In this document: positions 30,701-41,900 of the stretch, piece after piece | Layout of the letters: each line of letters starts with the position of its first letter | Position numbering within the stretch: the stretch's first letter is position 1 | Source of the DNA: Owenia fusiformis | Lineage: Eukaryota | Length of the DNA: 64,000 nt | Direction: 5' to 3' | NCBI GenBank assembly: GCA_903813345.2 | Contig: CAIIXF020000001.1 | Span: 36,952,001-37,016,000, forward strand | Notes under the pieces: model-generated | Told to the model about the DNA's origin: nothing | Seen by the model: only the letters and a program-made list of their open reading frames with translations | The model's database searches: none | Position numbers and translations under genes: made by a program

Positions 30701-32530
30701 TGAGAGGATCAACATTGTGAAGTCCCGTCATTACCATCATTTTTATAAAACAATCAACAAACATGAGATAAAAGGAACTCTTGACCAGCATATAGACAAG
30801 GTAGATAGTGGTCCAGCCATGAATTCTTCTCCAAAACGAGGCCTCAACACAGTACTGACCCAAATAGCAACTATTCAAATTAACAGATTCACTTTTCCCT
30901 TAATTTACTCCAAATCTAAATAAATTGTTGAATGCATTCTTTTAAAGTTGGTATCACAGAAAATATACTTGTATTTGGCATGGCCTATGTGTCAAGAATC
31001 ATAAAATTACATACATGACATTATGCATAAGCCATATAGCTATAAACTACATTTGAGAATGGCTGGAATACCCACAGGTTCCCTGTTGAAGCAGGATACC
31101 AGGGATTTGCTGGACATTGTTGTGAAGCTGTGCTGGATGGCTGCCCCACTAATCTACCATCTCATTTCCACCACCATAAGCTTGTTCTTTGTGCATGCAC
31201 AGCTTCTCATTATGGTTTCCATTATAGATGGAACATAACAGCAAAAGACACTTAAGGATTCACCTGGTGTTGTACCATCCATGCATATAGACTTGAGAAA
31301 CTATAGAGTAAGTTAGAAATGAATTGGGGTAACAGTTCATCAGTGTTTAATTCAACTTAACTCACCTTTTACCTACAATTCCAGTCAAAACATAAACAAT
31401 CTAGACAGGTGTAGATTTTTCCATATATCTAATCCTGTGCATAATTAAATATAGGTAAATCGTCCAAAATGCCCTAGATTTTCACCTAATGTACATTGTA
31501 GTACAGTGACAATGTCACAGGGATCTCAACTCCTCCAAAACAAAATCCAAAATTTCCCAATCATACCAGTTATTAAAATGTCAACTAGGGCAAAGGGGTG
31601 TAATGTCGACGTGTGGGGTAATGTTGACATAATAGACGGGGTAACTTTGACACTTACTTATTGGAAGTAGAATTTCCGTTTTCCGCCATGTTTGATTTCT
31701 GGAAAAATCTCTCGAGATCTCGCTCTATGCGAGAAAAAAACATAGCTTCCCCCTAGATCGGAAATTAGAGCAAATAAACAATAAGGTGTCAAAGTTACCC
31801 CAATATGGTGTTGACGTTACACCACTTCACCAAAATCAATGGTGAGATATAATGCCAATTGTGCCAATGTGAATTAGACTATATCCTATTTAGTCTGAAT
31901 TATATTCAGACTATAAGGCACCTATGTTAAAGTTTGGTAATTATAGATATTTGTTTACATAGGAAGTGCTATTCAAAATGGCCGATTGGGTAAAATTAAT
32001 TTGCAATTTGTTACTTCAACTAGCTTTATTTCCACTTGACAATATGCTGTGTTACTTTTTATTGCATTCAATTGTACCTTACTATTTAATTGAAATTTTG
32101 TAATGTTTATTTTATTAAAAAAATGGTTCCCCTAATTGATAATTTTGTGCAAAAAATTTTACTGCAATTTCCACAGGAAAGTAGTACATCATAACAGACT
32201 GACTTCTAGTCAGTCTGTTGGATACATACTACAATGTGAATTCAATATTCTGTTTTCATTTTGTTCAATTCTTGATTTTGTTTTTTTCCGTTTATATAGG
32301 GTAGTAACTTTGTAAAAACAAAAGTAATTTATGTGCAAACTCAACATGTACTCACGCTCTCTTTGTGGTAAAACATCAATCAAGTGTAAATAAAATACAA
32401 GCTCGGCTAGAAAAAATAAATAAAAAATCCTCACTGAATTTTGCAGGGAGTCCTCAGGAATGTTGGTCTTTTTCTTCGAACCCCGCGACTTTCCGAAGCC
32501 TAACACCAACTTCTTCCCGGCTGATGACAT
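799..32530 (-). CDS. ARHGAP45: Rho GTPase-activating protein of the ARHGAP45(HMHA1)/ARHGAP29/GMIP family (F-BAR, C1, start of RhoGAP); 18 coding exons in window, 3' end beyond position 1
   Basis: Phase-consistent GT-AG exons: 32435-32530, 29032-29197, 23827-23979, 23224-23305, 22593-22650, 22359-22407, 21735-21872, 21150-21214, 18318-18428, 17435-17515, 16933-17112, 16420-16497, 14787-14903, 10273-10406, 9792-9859, 4500-4679, 3840-3979, 799-987 (695 codons). Family motifs: AHDRLGEVLSILKMVLQKYPSLHSTDILTAAGLLI, F-BAR GVELALQRSKAWSKYAKDIITYIDKR, FQTLCESSRLYE, C1 HVFRKLRSPAKCRECDSYVYFQGAECEKCGLACHKKCLE, GAP start FGVDF...IPILVQKCVKEIEERG. Probably co-orthologous to the three vertebrate genes; exon 1 and the 49-bp exon are the least certain. 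Confidence 0.9.
1385..2870 (+). mobile_element. Non-autonomous Helentron/HINE (DINE-1/pearl-like) element with internal ~121-bp tandem array
   Basis: Subterminal inverted repeat ATGTCCCCACCA (~1407) / TGGTGGGGACAT (~2857), 3' hairpin CCCCACACTATGTGGTGGGG, (GACA/GGAC)n microsatellite 2776-2822, about 7 tandem ~121-bp units at 1450-2300. Confidence 0.7.
4718..6540 (+). mobile_element. HINE-like element with ~476-bp internal tandem repeats
   Basis: Inverted repeat AGACTCCAGAT (~4753) / ATCTGGAGTCT (~6522), 3' hairpin AGACTCCAGATTGACATCTGGAGTCT, (AAT)n(AAG)n near the 3' end, related blocks starting ~5090, ~5566, ~6042, purine-rich microsatellite 4830-5025. Confidence 0.65.
10997..13213. mobile_element. 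TIR element (27-bp TIRs) containing a second element with ~170-bp TIRs (11162-12978)
   Basis: TCGTCGCGTGAGAATAACTTTGTACTA at 10997 is the reverse complement (1 mismatch) of 13187-13213; 11162-11331 is a near-perfect reverse complement of 12807-12978. Confidence 0.75.
13251..14075. mobile_element. MITE/foldback-like insertion with several internal inverted repeats
   Basis: 13251-13283 (AAATACTGGATGACCATGAGGTGGATATGCCAGA) is the reverse complement of 13747-13780; TTTTATTATGCACCTC (~13782) pairs with ~14060-14075; direct duplication 13710-13756 / 13904-13949. Confidence 0.55.
15107..16168 (+). mobile_element. Decayed mariner-type DNA transposon
   Basis: TA-flanked ~200-bp TIRs beginning CAGGGTGTTCCAGATGTTTCAGGAATGATGCTG; internal transposase HTH relic RVYELYKRFKSGRETETDYPKCGHPRT (ORF 15657-15896). 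Confidence 0.85.
17591..17768. repeat. 24-bp minisatellite, about 7.5 copies
   Basis: Unit TACATTTCAACTCTTATATA(G/A)CAG; it produces the spurious repetitive ORFs at 17509-17786. Confidence 0.95.
19008..19990. repeat. 109-bp tandem repeat, 9 near-identical copies
   Basis: Unit TCGTAGCTTATTATAATATTGTCACTTCCAGCATTTCTGAATGT(C/T)GGTGGAGATTCAAATTATTTTCCTTATGCAAATGGCCTATTATAACTTAAAGCAGAAAACACGT; starts at 19008, 19117, 19226, 19335 and so on. Confidence 0.95.
21345..21400 (+). repeat. tRNA-derived (SINE-head-like) fragment
   Basis: GGTCCCGGATTCGATCCCTGGTTCAGGCA resembles a T-arm/B box; no complete cloverleaf visible. Confidence 0.3.
25026..25355 (+). mobile_element. TTAA-target MITE (Kolobok-like), copy 1
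   Basis: TTAA|AGGCAGAATCAGATCT...AGATCTGATTCTCTCT; internal sequence shared with 29677-30039 and 63311-63632. Confidence 0.65.
29677..30039 (+). mobile_element. TTAA-target MITE (Kolobok-like), copy 2
   Basis: TTAA|GGGCAGAATCAGATG...GATTCTCTCT|TTAA; homologous to 25026-25355. Confidence 0.65.
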
Positions 32531-32979
32531 TATCAATATATCGGTATTATGTATTCCTCAAAATAGTTTATATTCCTGCAACTATTTGAGATTGTTCCAG
32601 TACAATTTTTGATTTTCTAAGTTTATCTCGACTTCCATGTTTGATCTATTTTTAGAATGACACGCCACACGTAAGATTCAAAATCAAGACAAAAGCCACA
32701 TGGACTTGTGCATCGCAATAACCCCCTCCCGCAACCGACAGATAAGAACGGGTCTGGTAAGTAAAGCCAGGATTGATATTGATACGATTTGCTATTCGCA
32801 CCTTCACATCTTATGAAGATGGCGAGCGTTCGCAATACTAGCATAATATAACTATGTTCGTATTTTTAATGTATGCGTTTTTTTGAAAAACGTCAAGTAC
32901 ACTTTCTATGTTTTCATTCTTGTAAAACACGACTTTTAAAGATCTATAGTGTACTATTTCAATGTATTAGAATAGTAAC
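32531..32979. promoter_or_regulatory. Putative bidirectional promoter between the ARHGAP45-like gene and INTS11
   Basis: Divergent start codons 450 bp apart (32530 minus, 32980 plus); locally richer in CpG; YY1-like AAGATGGCG at ~32817. Confidence 0.6.
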
Positions 32980-35900
32980 ATGTCAGAGATTAAGGTGGTA
33001 CCACTTGGTAAGTGCAAACTCTTCTAAATTTGTTAAAAACTCATATACAATGAGGTTTGAATATAACTCGTGGGTGATAATAGTTCAACAAGCTAAACTT
33101 CATCCGGCTTATCCAGATCATATCTCAGTTCCCCTTTCAACTTCAGAAAGTCTAGGAAATGATTAATGTCAGATCTGTCTTTTTTACAGTGTTCAGGTTT
33201 CTCTAATCCATTATAAATTCATTCACATCAACCTTAGATTCCTCGATGCCCCCATGGGCTTTCAACTCTAATTGAAACTCTAATTGGAGAAGATCAATGC
33301 AGGCAGAGATATCCCGTGAACTTCTAGTACATTTTAACCTATGCAGCTGCACAGATCACTAGTCTTTATGGGTAGACTGTAGCTAGTAATCACTATGATG
33401 CACAACCACGCCATCTTTCAATAGCAGTAAAAGTTTTTCTATATTGATTAGTTCCCAAAATGCACTTCTACAGTGGTATACGCTAGAGTGGCATACGGTG
33501 GAGTGTATACGATGACGATATACCACTCTCCACTATATACGAGGGTTGTCCCAGAAGTAATGCACTATATGCTCTAACTTTCTTTAATATTCTACAATTC
33601 AGCTGAAATTTTATATATATAACAATTGAAGTTTTATCTATTATATCCTGAAGTTTCAGCATCAAACATTAATATTAAGTCTCAATATGGTTGCTATAAC
33701 AACATGGGGGTAGGGGTGGGCGGGGCAGGCACCAATTTTTCTAATTATGAAAAGATCTAAAGTGTTATTTTATTAATATTTCGTTGCTTTAAATGGTCAA
33801 AATGTTTGGGAAATTGTTAAATTTATTCAACATGATGTTAACCAAGTACAAATAATGACATTTAGCACTCATGCACTGTGATATCATAATACCACATTTC
33901 AGTAGTCACGAATTCAAATACAGTCACAGTCAAGAAATTGCAAAAATGGCTGCAATTCTTACCTGATAACAGAAGGCCTTGCGTTTAGTGGCCTAATTTC
34001 ATACTTCACTTGGACTCACAGCCACGCAAAGCAATGCTACCATGGAGAAAGTATATAAGGAGTATATACCAGATAGAACTAAAATTAAGGGGTGGCAGAA
34101 ACGATTTAAAAGAGACTATTTGACCCTGGATGACGACCCCAAACATGGGAGGCAAAAACTCCACAAGTCCCAGTGGAAGAAATTGCCAAGAGTGTTTGAC
34201 CTGACAGGCATCAAAAGTACATACCATGCAAAGGGCATTGTTTTGAGAAAATGTGAAATGGGACACTGTGCAATATACATCCATTAAATCTAGGATGTGC
34301 TCATAGTAATTTCGTATCTCAAAAATGTATTTTTGAGCATACTTCTTATAGCTACACAAAATGGTATTTGTTGATTAATTATTTCATATTTTCAATTTTT
34401 TATTCCTTTTGACGTGAATGTATAACCTGCCCCGCCCTACCCAAACTCACCAACTTGATTTTATTATAACATCAATATAGTTTTATCAGTCAACATGAAA
34501 TTTTTCAAAATAATCAAAATGTCTCTAAGGAACATTTTCTGAAAATTTCATGGAAACATATCAATTATTGATAAAGTTAGAGCATATAGTGCATTACTTC
34601 TGGGACAACCCTCGTATTGTTGTCATAGACACCTGTTATACAACTATAATTGGACTTAGAGTGGTATAATATGTATTACATTACTGTATAACCTGTACTC
34701 ATCAATGCAATTTATTTCTTGTATTTAGGGGCAGGGCAAGATGTAGGGAGAAGTTGTATTCTTTTGACAATAGGGGGTAAGAATATCATGTTTGACTGTG
34801 GCATGCACATGGGATACAATGATGATGTAAGTATCTTTTACTAACTTATAACTATACATGCTTGAATTGAAATATATATGAATCTTACATAATACATTTG
34901 TATTTAAACACAGACCAGAGCATGAAAGAACAGTCAGAAATGTTGTAGGTTACTGTCCATGACATAAATCATTCATATTCTGCACCTATGGCACGCAGAG
35001 ATGTAATATCTACAAAAACTTGTGATGTACATGGTGCCATTGTATTTGTCAAAATATGCTCCTATATAGATATATGATAGACAATACGTACATCCTCTCT
35101 CCAAATTTTTTCTAATGTAATAATATGATGAGCAATGTTAAAAACATACAATTTCATTATTTTTCAGAGGAGGTTTCCTGATTTTTCCTACATTACTAAA
35201 AATGAAGAAATAGGTCGTCTGACAGAGTTCCTCGATTGTGTTATCATAAGGTATACATATTTTAACCTAGTCTTTTAGTTTCTATGATTTCTTGAAAGAT
35301 TGCAGAACTATTGCAAGCCTTTTAGCCTTCATTTTGTATAGTCCTTGAAAAGAATATATAAAAATTAGTGTCAGATGAGTTCTCCAGATTGTGATTAGAA
35401 GTAAGAAATATTAGATTAATTCTTTTACTTTTCAGCCATTTTCATCTGGACCACTGTGGTGCTCTTCCATACATGTCTGAAATGGTGGGGTTTGATGGGC
35501 CTATATATATGACACATCCTACAAAAGCAATATGTCCCATATTGTTGGTAAGATATTTGTTCAATACTCTGCTCTTTAGTTTCTGACTCTAGTTGACATT
35601 GGAGTTAACACAGCTGAAAAAATCAAATTCTGTATAAAAACATATACAAAAGATATAAAATGTTGTTCTTGTTATAGACTGATCTCTTTGTTTTAATACA
35701 CTGCATAGCAGACCCCATAAAATTCATTTATTTATTTCAAATATATGAGCAATGGTTTAGAATTGAATAATGGAAATATGAATCAAATCAACATTTTAAT
35801 TTTAACTCATATTGAAATTTTGCTTTAAATATGAGTATATGCATATTTGTTAAATGATTTGATTTGAAAATAATAAATTCAGTTGTATTTAAAAAACTAA

Positions 35901-38900
35901 AATTCATTTTTTTCTACAGGAAGATTATAGAAAGATCACAGTTGACAGAAAAGGAGAAACAAACTTTTTTACCTCAGAGATGATAAAGAATTGTATGAAG
36001 AAAACTGTAGCAGTGAATCTCCATGAAACTGTCCAAGTATGTAGATTGAACATTGTTATGTTACCACTAGGAAGTGACATTGTGGTGTTTCTCAGCTAGA
36101 TATTTGTAACCATTTGCAATAACTAACAGGGTGGTGCCATCTTTTCAGATTATCATATTCATGACTTGTAAAGTTGTTTGTGTTGTAGTGTGATGAGGGG
36201 GGGGGGGGTTGAGGGACTTGATCAAAAACTATATAACCCCCTGGTTGGTGGTTTAAGACTTAAGAGGTCTAAAAATGAGTTACATATGATCCCTATTAGA
36301 TCAACCCAACCAACAGGAAGGCTACTAAGGGCTATGTGAAGCTTAGCAGAGATTTTAAAAATTATTTGTAGGAAAAATAGACCAGAGTTTCTTACATTTT
36401 TCAAAATAATGTTTTTAGACTCCTAGTTAGGATACCAATTTATAAATGATGCTACATCCTTACACCAAACCAATGTACAGCATACATTTGCTTTCAATAT
36501 GTTTTGTCAAGGTTGATAATGAACTGGAGATCAAGGCCTATTATGCAGGTCATGTGCTTGGTGCTGCAATGTTTCATGTCAAAGTAGGTGGTCAGTCAGC
36601 TGTCTATACAGTGAGTATAACAATATTAACAGTCAGAAAATTCAATAAGTAATGCCTCAGTCATATTTCCTCTATGGCAACCTTATGGTGGTCCAAGCTT
36701 CCAAAAATTGAGAGAAATATGCAGAATAAATATAGGGGTAAGCAGTATGATGTAGATTTTCTTAATCGATTTTGTGAAGCTACGGCCACCATAGAGCAAA
36801 TGTGACTGAGGATCATAAATACAAAATCCAATGAATCATGTCACAAATAACATTAAATTTGAACCAATTTAAATTCACAGCATTTATTAAATCAAGCCAT
36901 CACCAAATGAATTAGTATGAAAAAGCGGTGCCGTAAATACTTGTGGAGTCATATTTTAGACACGAGTGTCCTGAAAAATCTTGTGAAATTACAACATAAG
37001 ATGTTCTTTGGAGGGAAATATAAACAGTATATACTCTTTGTAGGGAGAACACAACAGTACAATCATGGTTTTTGTAAGAAAATTACATTACATGTTCTTT
37101 GTAGGGAGATTACAACATGACCCCCGACAGACATCTTGGTTCAGCATGGATAGACAAATGTCGCCCTGATCTGCTGATTACAGAGTCAACATATGCGACA
37201 ACCATTCGAGATTCAAAACGATGTCGTGAGCGGGACTTTTTGAAGAAGGTTCACGATTGTGTTGACAAGGGAGGAAAGGTTAGATTTCCTTATATGTTCA
37301 ATCAGAAGCAAATTCAATTTACAATTCAACCTTCGGGAAATTATTGCGTATGAGAAACAAAGCATAGATATGCAGAGAAACACATTTTTAATTGCTTCCC
37401 AACCTCAATTTATTAAACATTGTCACGAAAAATTACACTTATTATTGACATCAAAATTATGTTTATAAATTACAATTACAATTGAATGTTCAAATGTAAC
37501 AACATATGATACTAAAATATCTAAAATGTATGCATTAGCATTGGCATGGCATCATGTCTATTGTATCACAAAGATACAATTTCTACAGTAGATTGCAGAT
37601 GCTGGAATAATCAGCTATAGTCCATGGTAAAATTAGTCAGTATTCAATGGACAAGTGCTCGTTATGTTGCACCCTCCAAATCACTGTCAGCTTGGAGAGA
37701 ATCATATTAATACGAAATTGCAATCTAAATTAAAGTGGTCATACCACAAGCATCGTATCAATCTGCTAATATTATAATAATTTGGTGAAAATATCAATGC
37801 TTGAAAATTTGCTTTAGAGGTCATATGATGTAGCAACTGAAGTTTCAAAATAGTGTGTCGTAAAAAATTTAAAAAAGAAAGAAATTCACAAAATAAACCA
37901 GCAACCTTTTCAAGCTTTGATCTTTGCGAAGAGAAAATGTTGAACATCAATGTACTTTAATATTAAACTATTGTCACTTTCAAGAAAAATGTCTCATCCC
38001 TAGGTGCTGATACCAGTCTTTGCTCTTGGGAGAGCGCAAGAGCTTTGTATATTACTAGAATCTTACTGGGACAGGATGAATCTCAAAGTGCCAATATATT
38101 TCTCTCTGGGTCTCACAGAAAAGGTAAGGCTTAAGTTAAATAAAGTGTAGAGAATATCCTCTCTTTGCCCTTTTGAAAAAGACCCATGTAGCATTAGCTT
38201 TTGAAGATAAAAGAAAAACAAGTAGCCCCTTATCCTGGAAAAATGTTGGCAAATGCCTAACGTTAAGTTCCACTGTCCCAGACATTCTTAGCTCACATGG
38301 TGAACATTGTCAAAAATGAGGATTTTTACTTTCAAATATTTTTACAATCGAATGTTGTCAGGATTCCTGAATCTGGTAGTAGTAGGTTGACTTTGTTGAT
38401 AGGAATTTTAAATTGAATTTTATTTTATTCAGAGAATATATCTAAATTATAATCATAGCCCATAAAGAGAGGTTTAAACTAAATAAAATATATTATTAAT
38501 CTGAAGAGAAAGCCCATGTTTAAATATATGAATTGATGATATCGAAGATGGTTCACCCTATCAGTTACATGATAAAACGAATATTTCATTCTATTTTCAT
38601 TGAATACCTGTGTCAGTTTCACAATATGATTTCCACTAGCCATTTGAGCTTCGTGGAATAGCACTTGTGAAAGATGTACAGGTATTCACACTTTAGAATG
38701 AAATATGTGTATATTATTTCACAGTTAGTATGATATTCATAGTTTATCATGTCAAAATAAAAACAGTATTTTTCTTCTTTGAACTGGTTCACCTGTGATA
38801 CTCATTTTATCAATGTGTTTTAATTCCTATTCCCCTTTGGCCATTGCACTTACATATAAAGCACATTTTCAGGTTTTGTGAAGTTCACTGTTTTCAGTAT

Positions 38901-41900
38901 TTTCTAATGGAAACACTTAAACAGAGTTTTGCCTGAAAACCAACATTCTTAGTGCCCTTCTAAAATCTGTACTTTTCCATCCATACACAAAAGAATTACA
39001 AAATGAATTGCAATAATACATAATAACTGAAAATTGTTCATACGTGACCAACCATTTTGGTTTCTGTTTGTAAAATAACACTACACAAGTAAATATCCAA
39101 TATGGAGTGTACAGAATTACTAGAGTTCCGAAGATAATAGCCATCATTTTTACTATCTTCATATCTGATTTTGAAGTGTCTGTAACAGGCCCTATGGCAT
39201 TCTGCTGCTCATTTTGTTGTTTCTTATGTGCCCAAGCAATGTAGAAAATTCTGCAGTATGCTGTGCATATAATAATTAACATGAGGATCCCAGCTGAAGC
39301 TATGATACCATAGAATGCTGCAGGCTGGTACAAAATCATTGACAAACTACATTGTAGACCTGGTGTCCATATGTTAAAACAGCTCAATCCGATAAACATG
39401 AAATAAGAATAAATCCAAGAACAAATGATGGATATCCTTACTTTCTTCATTGTAAATATATCTGGGTATGAAAACGGCCTTGTGATTGCGATGTAACGTT
39501 CTATAGAAATAGCTGTGTACATCATCATTGAAGCAGCAGTTGGTTGGTGTACAACCACCTGGCACACGAGACAAGAATATTTCTCAGAGTCAGCCCCATC
39601 AAGTACCAGACTCGCTTCTGGGTATAGCTGCCTTAAATTACAATATGGCAAAGCCAATCCAACCATTAAGTCAGCAAATGATAAACTCAGCACATATTGA
39701 TTGCTTATTGTCTTAAGATAGTCAAATTTCAATATTGCAACTATTATTAAAGTATTTGACACAATGATGAGTGCTGATATGATAACACTGATTACTACAT
39801 ATGTAACTCCTAATTCATGTCCAGTTAATGTAGCATTTGTTTGGTTTTCCATATTTATTGAATTAAACTCATTAAATAGTCGACTCATTGCTCAAGGTTT
39901 ACTGTCGCAACTACTTTTGATATAACTAAGTATGCCTAGGTATAGGTATGTATTTTATGACATCTTTTATATAAAACATGTTCCTCCATCTTTTAAATAA
40001 AACATGTTCCTCCATTCAACTTATGAATCATGATCAATAGCAAATATGTGATCCATTAGCGAATGAATACCTACACTCAACAATGATATACACATAATGG
40101 CCATATCAGTTTTATGGTCTTTAGTTTTGTCATCCCGTGTCAGTTTCACAAGATGATTTCCACTAGCTATTTGAGCTTCGTGGAATAGAATAACTAGTGG
40201 AAGATGCAAAGGTATTCACATTTTAGAATGAAATATGTGTATATTATTTCACAGTAAGTGTGATATTCATAGGATATCATGTCAAAATAAAAACAGTATT
40301 TTTCTTCTTTGAACTGGTTCACTTGTGATGCTCCTTTTATCAATGTGTTTTAATTCCTATTCCCCTTTGGCCATTGCACTTACATACTAAGCACATTTTC
40401 AGGTTTTGTGAAGTTCACTGTTTTCAGTATTTTCTAATGGAAACACTGCATCAGAATTTTGCCTGTAGACCAACATTCTGAATGCCCTTCTAAAATCTGT
40501 ACTTTTCCATCCATACACGTTGTAGACCTGGTGTCCAAATATTAAAACAGTTCAATCCAATTAACATTAAATGAGAATAAATCCAAGAACAAATGATTGA
40601 TATCCTTACTCTCTTCATTGTAAATATATCTGGGTATGAAAACGGTCTTGTGATTGCGATGTAACGTTCTATAGAAATAGCTGTGTACATCATCATTGAG
40701 GCGGCAGTTGGTTGAGTCAAAGCAGTCTGACATAAGGGACAAGAATATTTCTCAGAGTCAGCCCCATCAAGTACCAGGCTCGCTTCAGGGTATAGCTGCC
40801 TTAAAATACAATATGGCAAAGCCAATCCAACCATTAAGTCAGCAAATGATAAACTAAGCACATATTGATTGCTGATTGTCTTAAGATAGTCAAATTTCAA
40901 TATTGCAACTATTATTAAAGTATTTGACACAATAATGAGTGCTGATATGATAACACTGATTACTACATATGTAACTCCTAATTCATGTCCAGTTAATGTA
41001 GTATTTGTTTGGTTTTCCATATTTATTGAATTAAACTCATTAAATAGTCTACTCATTGCTCAAGGTTTACTGTCGCAACTACTTTTGATATAACTAAGTA
41101 TGCGTATAGTAGGTATGTTAATTTTATGACATCTTTTATATAAAACATGTTCCTCCATTCAACTTATGAAGTATGAACAATAGCAAATATGTGATCCATT
41201 AGCGAGTGAATACCTATACTCATTTCAACAATGACATACACATAATGGCCATATCAGTTTTATGGTTTTTGAGTTTTGTCATCCTATATAGATCAACTAG
41301 TTAGAAGTGATGTAAAAATATTAAAGTAAGGTTGGTCATGGCTCGGTTTGAAAGCGATTCTTTTAATGCCTGAGGAAATACTTTCTTTTTATTTGTTGTC
41401 ACATCTTTTGCGTAAATGATCTCTGCTCTGGCTCTATTTCCTCTAAATACTGAATGGAACTATCATTTAAACAACAATTATACACTTAAGTGATCTATAA
41501 GATAATTGCTGTATATTGTCTCTTTTGATACATGTTTTTCAACACTGCCATGTTGATTCTTTAAAATTACATTTATATTTAATTAGCCAAACCACGAGCA
41601 AACCAAGATATACAAACATTTTGCTTGTAAAATATGAATGTATTTTATTTCCTTGATACTGCACTTTGGTCTTTCGATTCATTTTTTTTGTTTTATTGAC
41701 TCACAAGCCAATATATTAGTTGCAAGTAGAAACTTGAATGCCCATGGTAGAAATAATTTGGATTTACTTCAATAAATATTTAAAAAGGCAGGTACTTTAT
41801 TGCAAGCTTTTTTAGACAACTCTTATTTAAGTTCTAATATTTATTTGACCATGAAAACAAATGCGTCTGTTTGGCCAATATGTTATCTCCAAAAAGGTAC

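Larger units (their letters stand above)
38608..41284. repeat. Head-to-tail segmental duplication (~1.53-kb unit) carrying GPCR copies 1 and 2
   Basis: Blocks begin (C)TGTGTCAGTTTCACAA.ATGATTTCCACTAGC at ~38608 and ~40134 and end GTTTTGTCATCC at ~40135 and ~41284; both non-coding flanks are duplicated. Confidence 0.9.
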
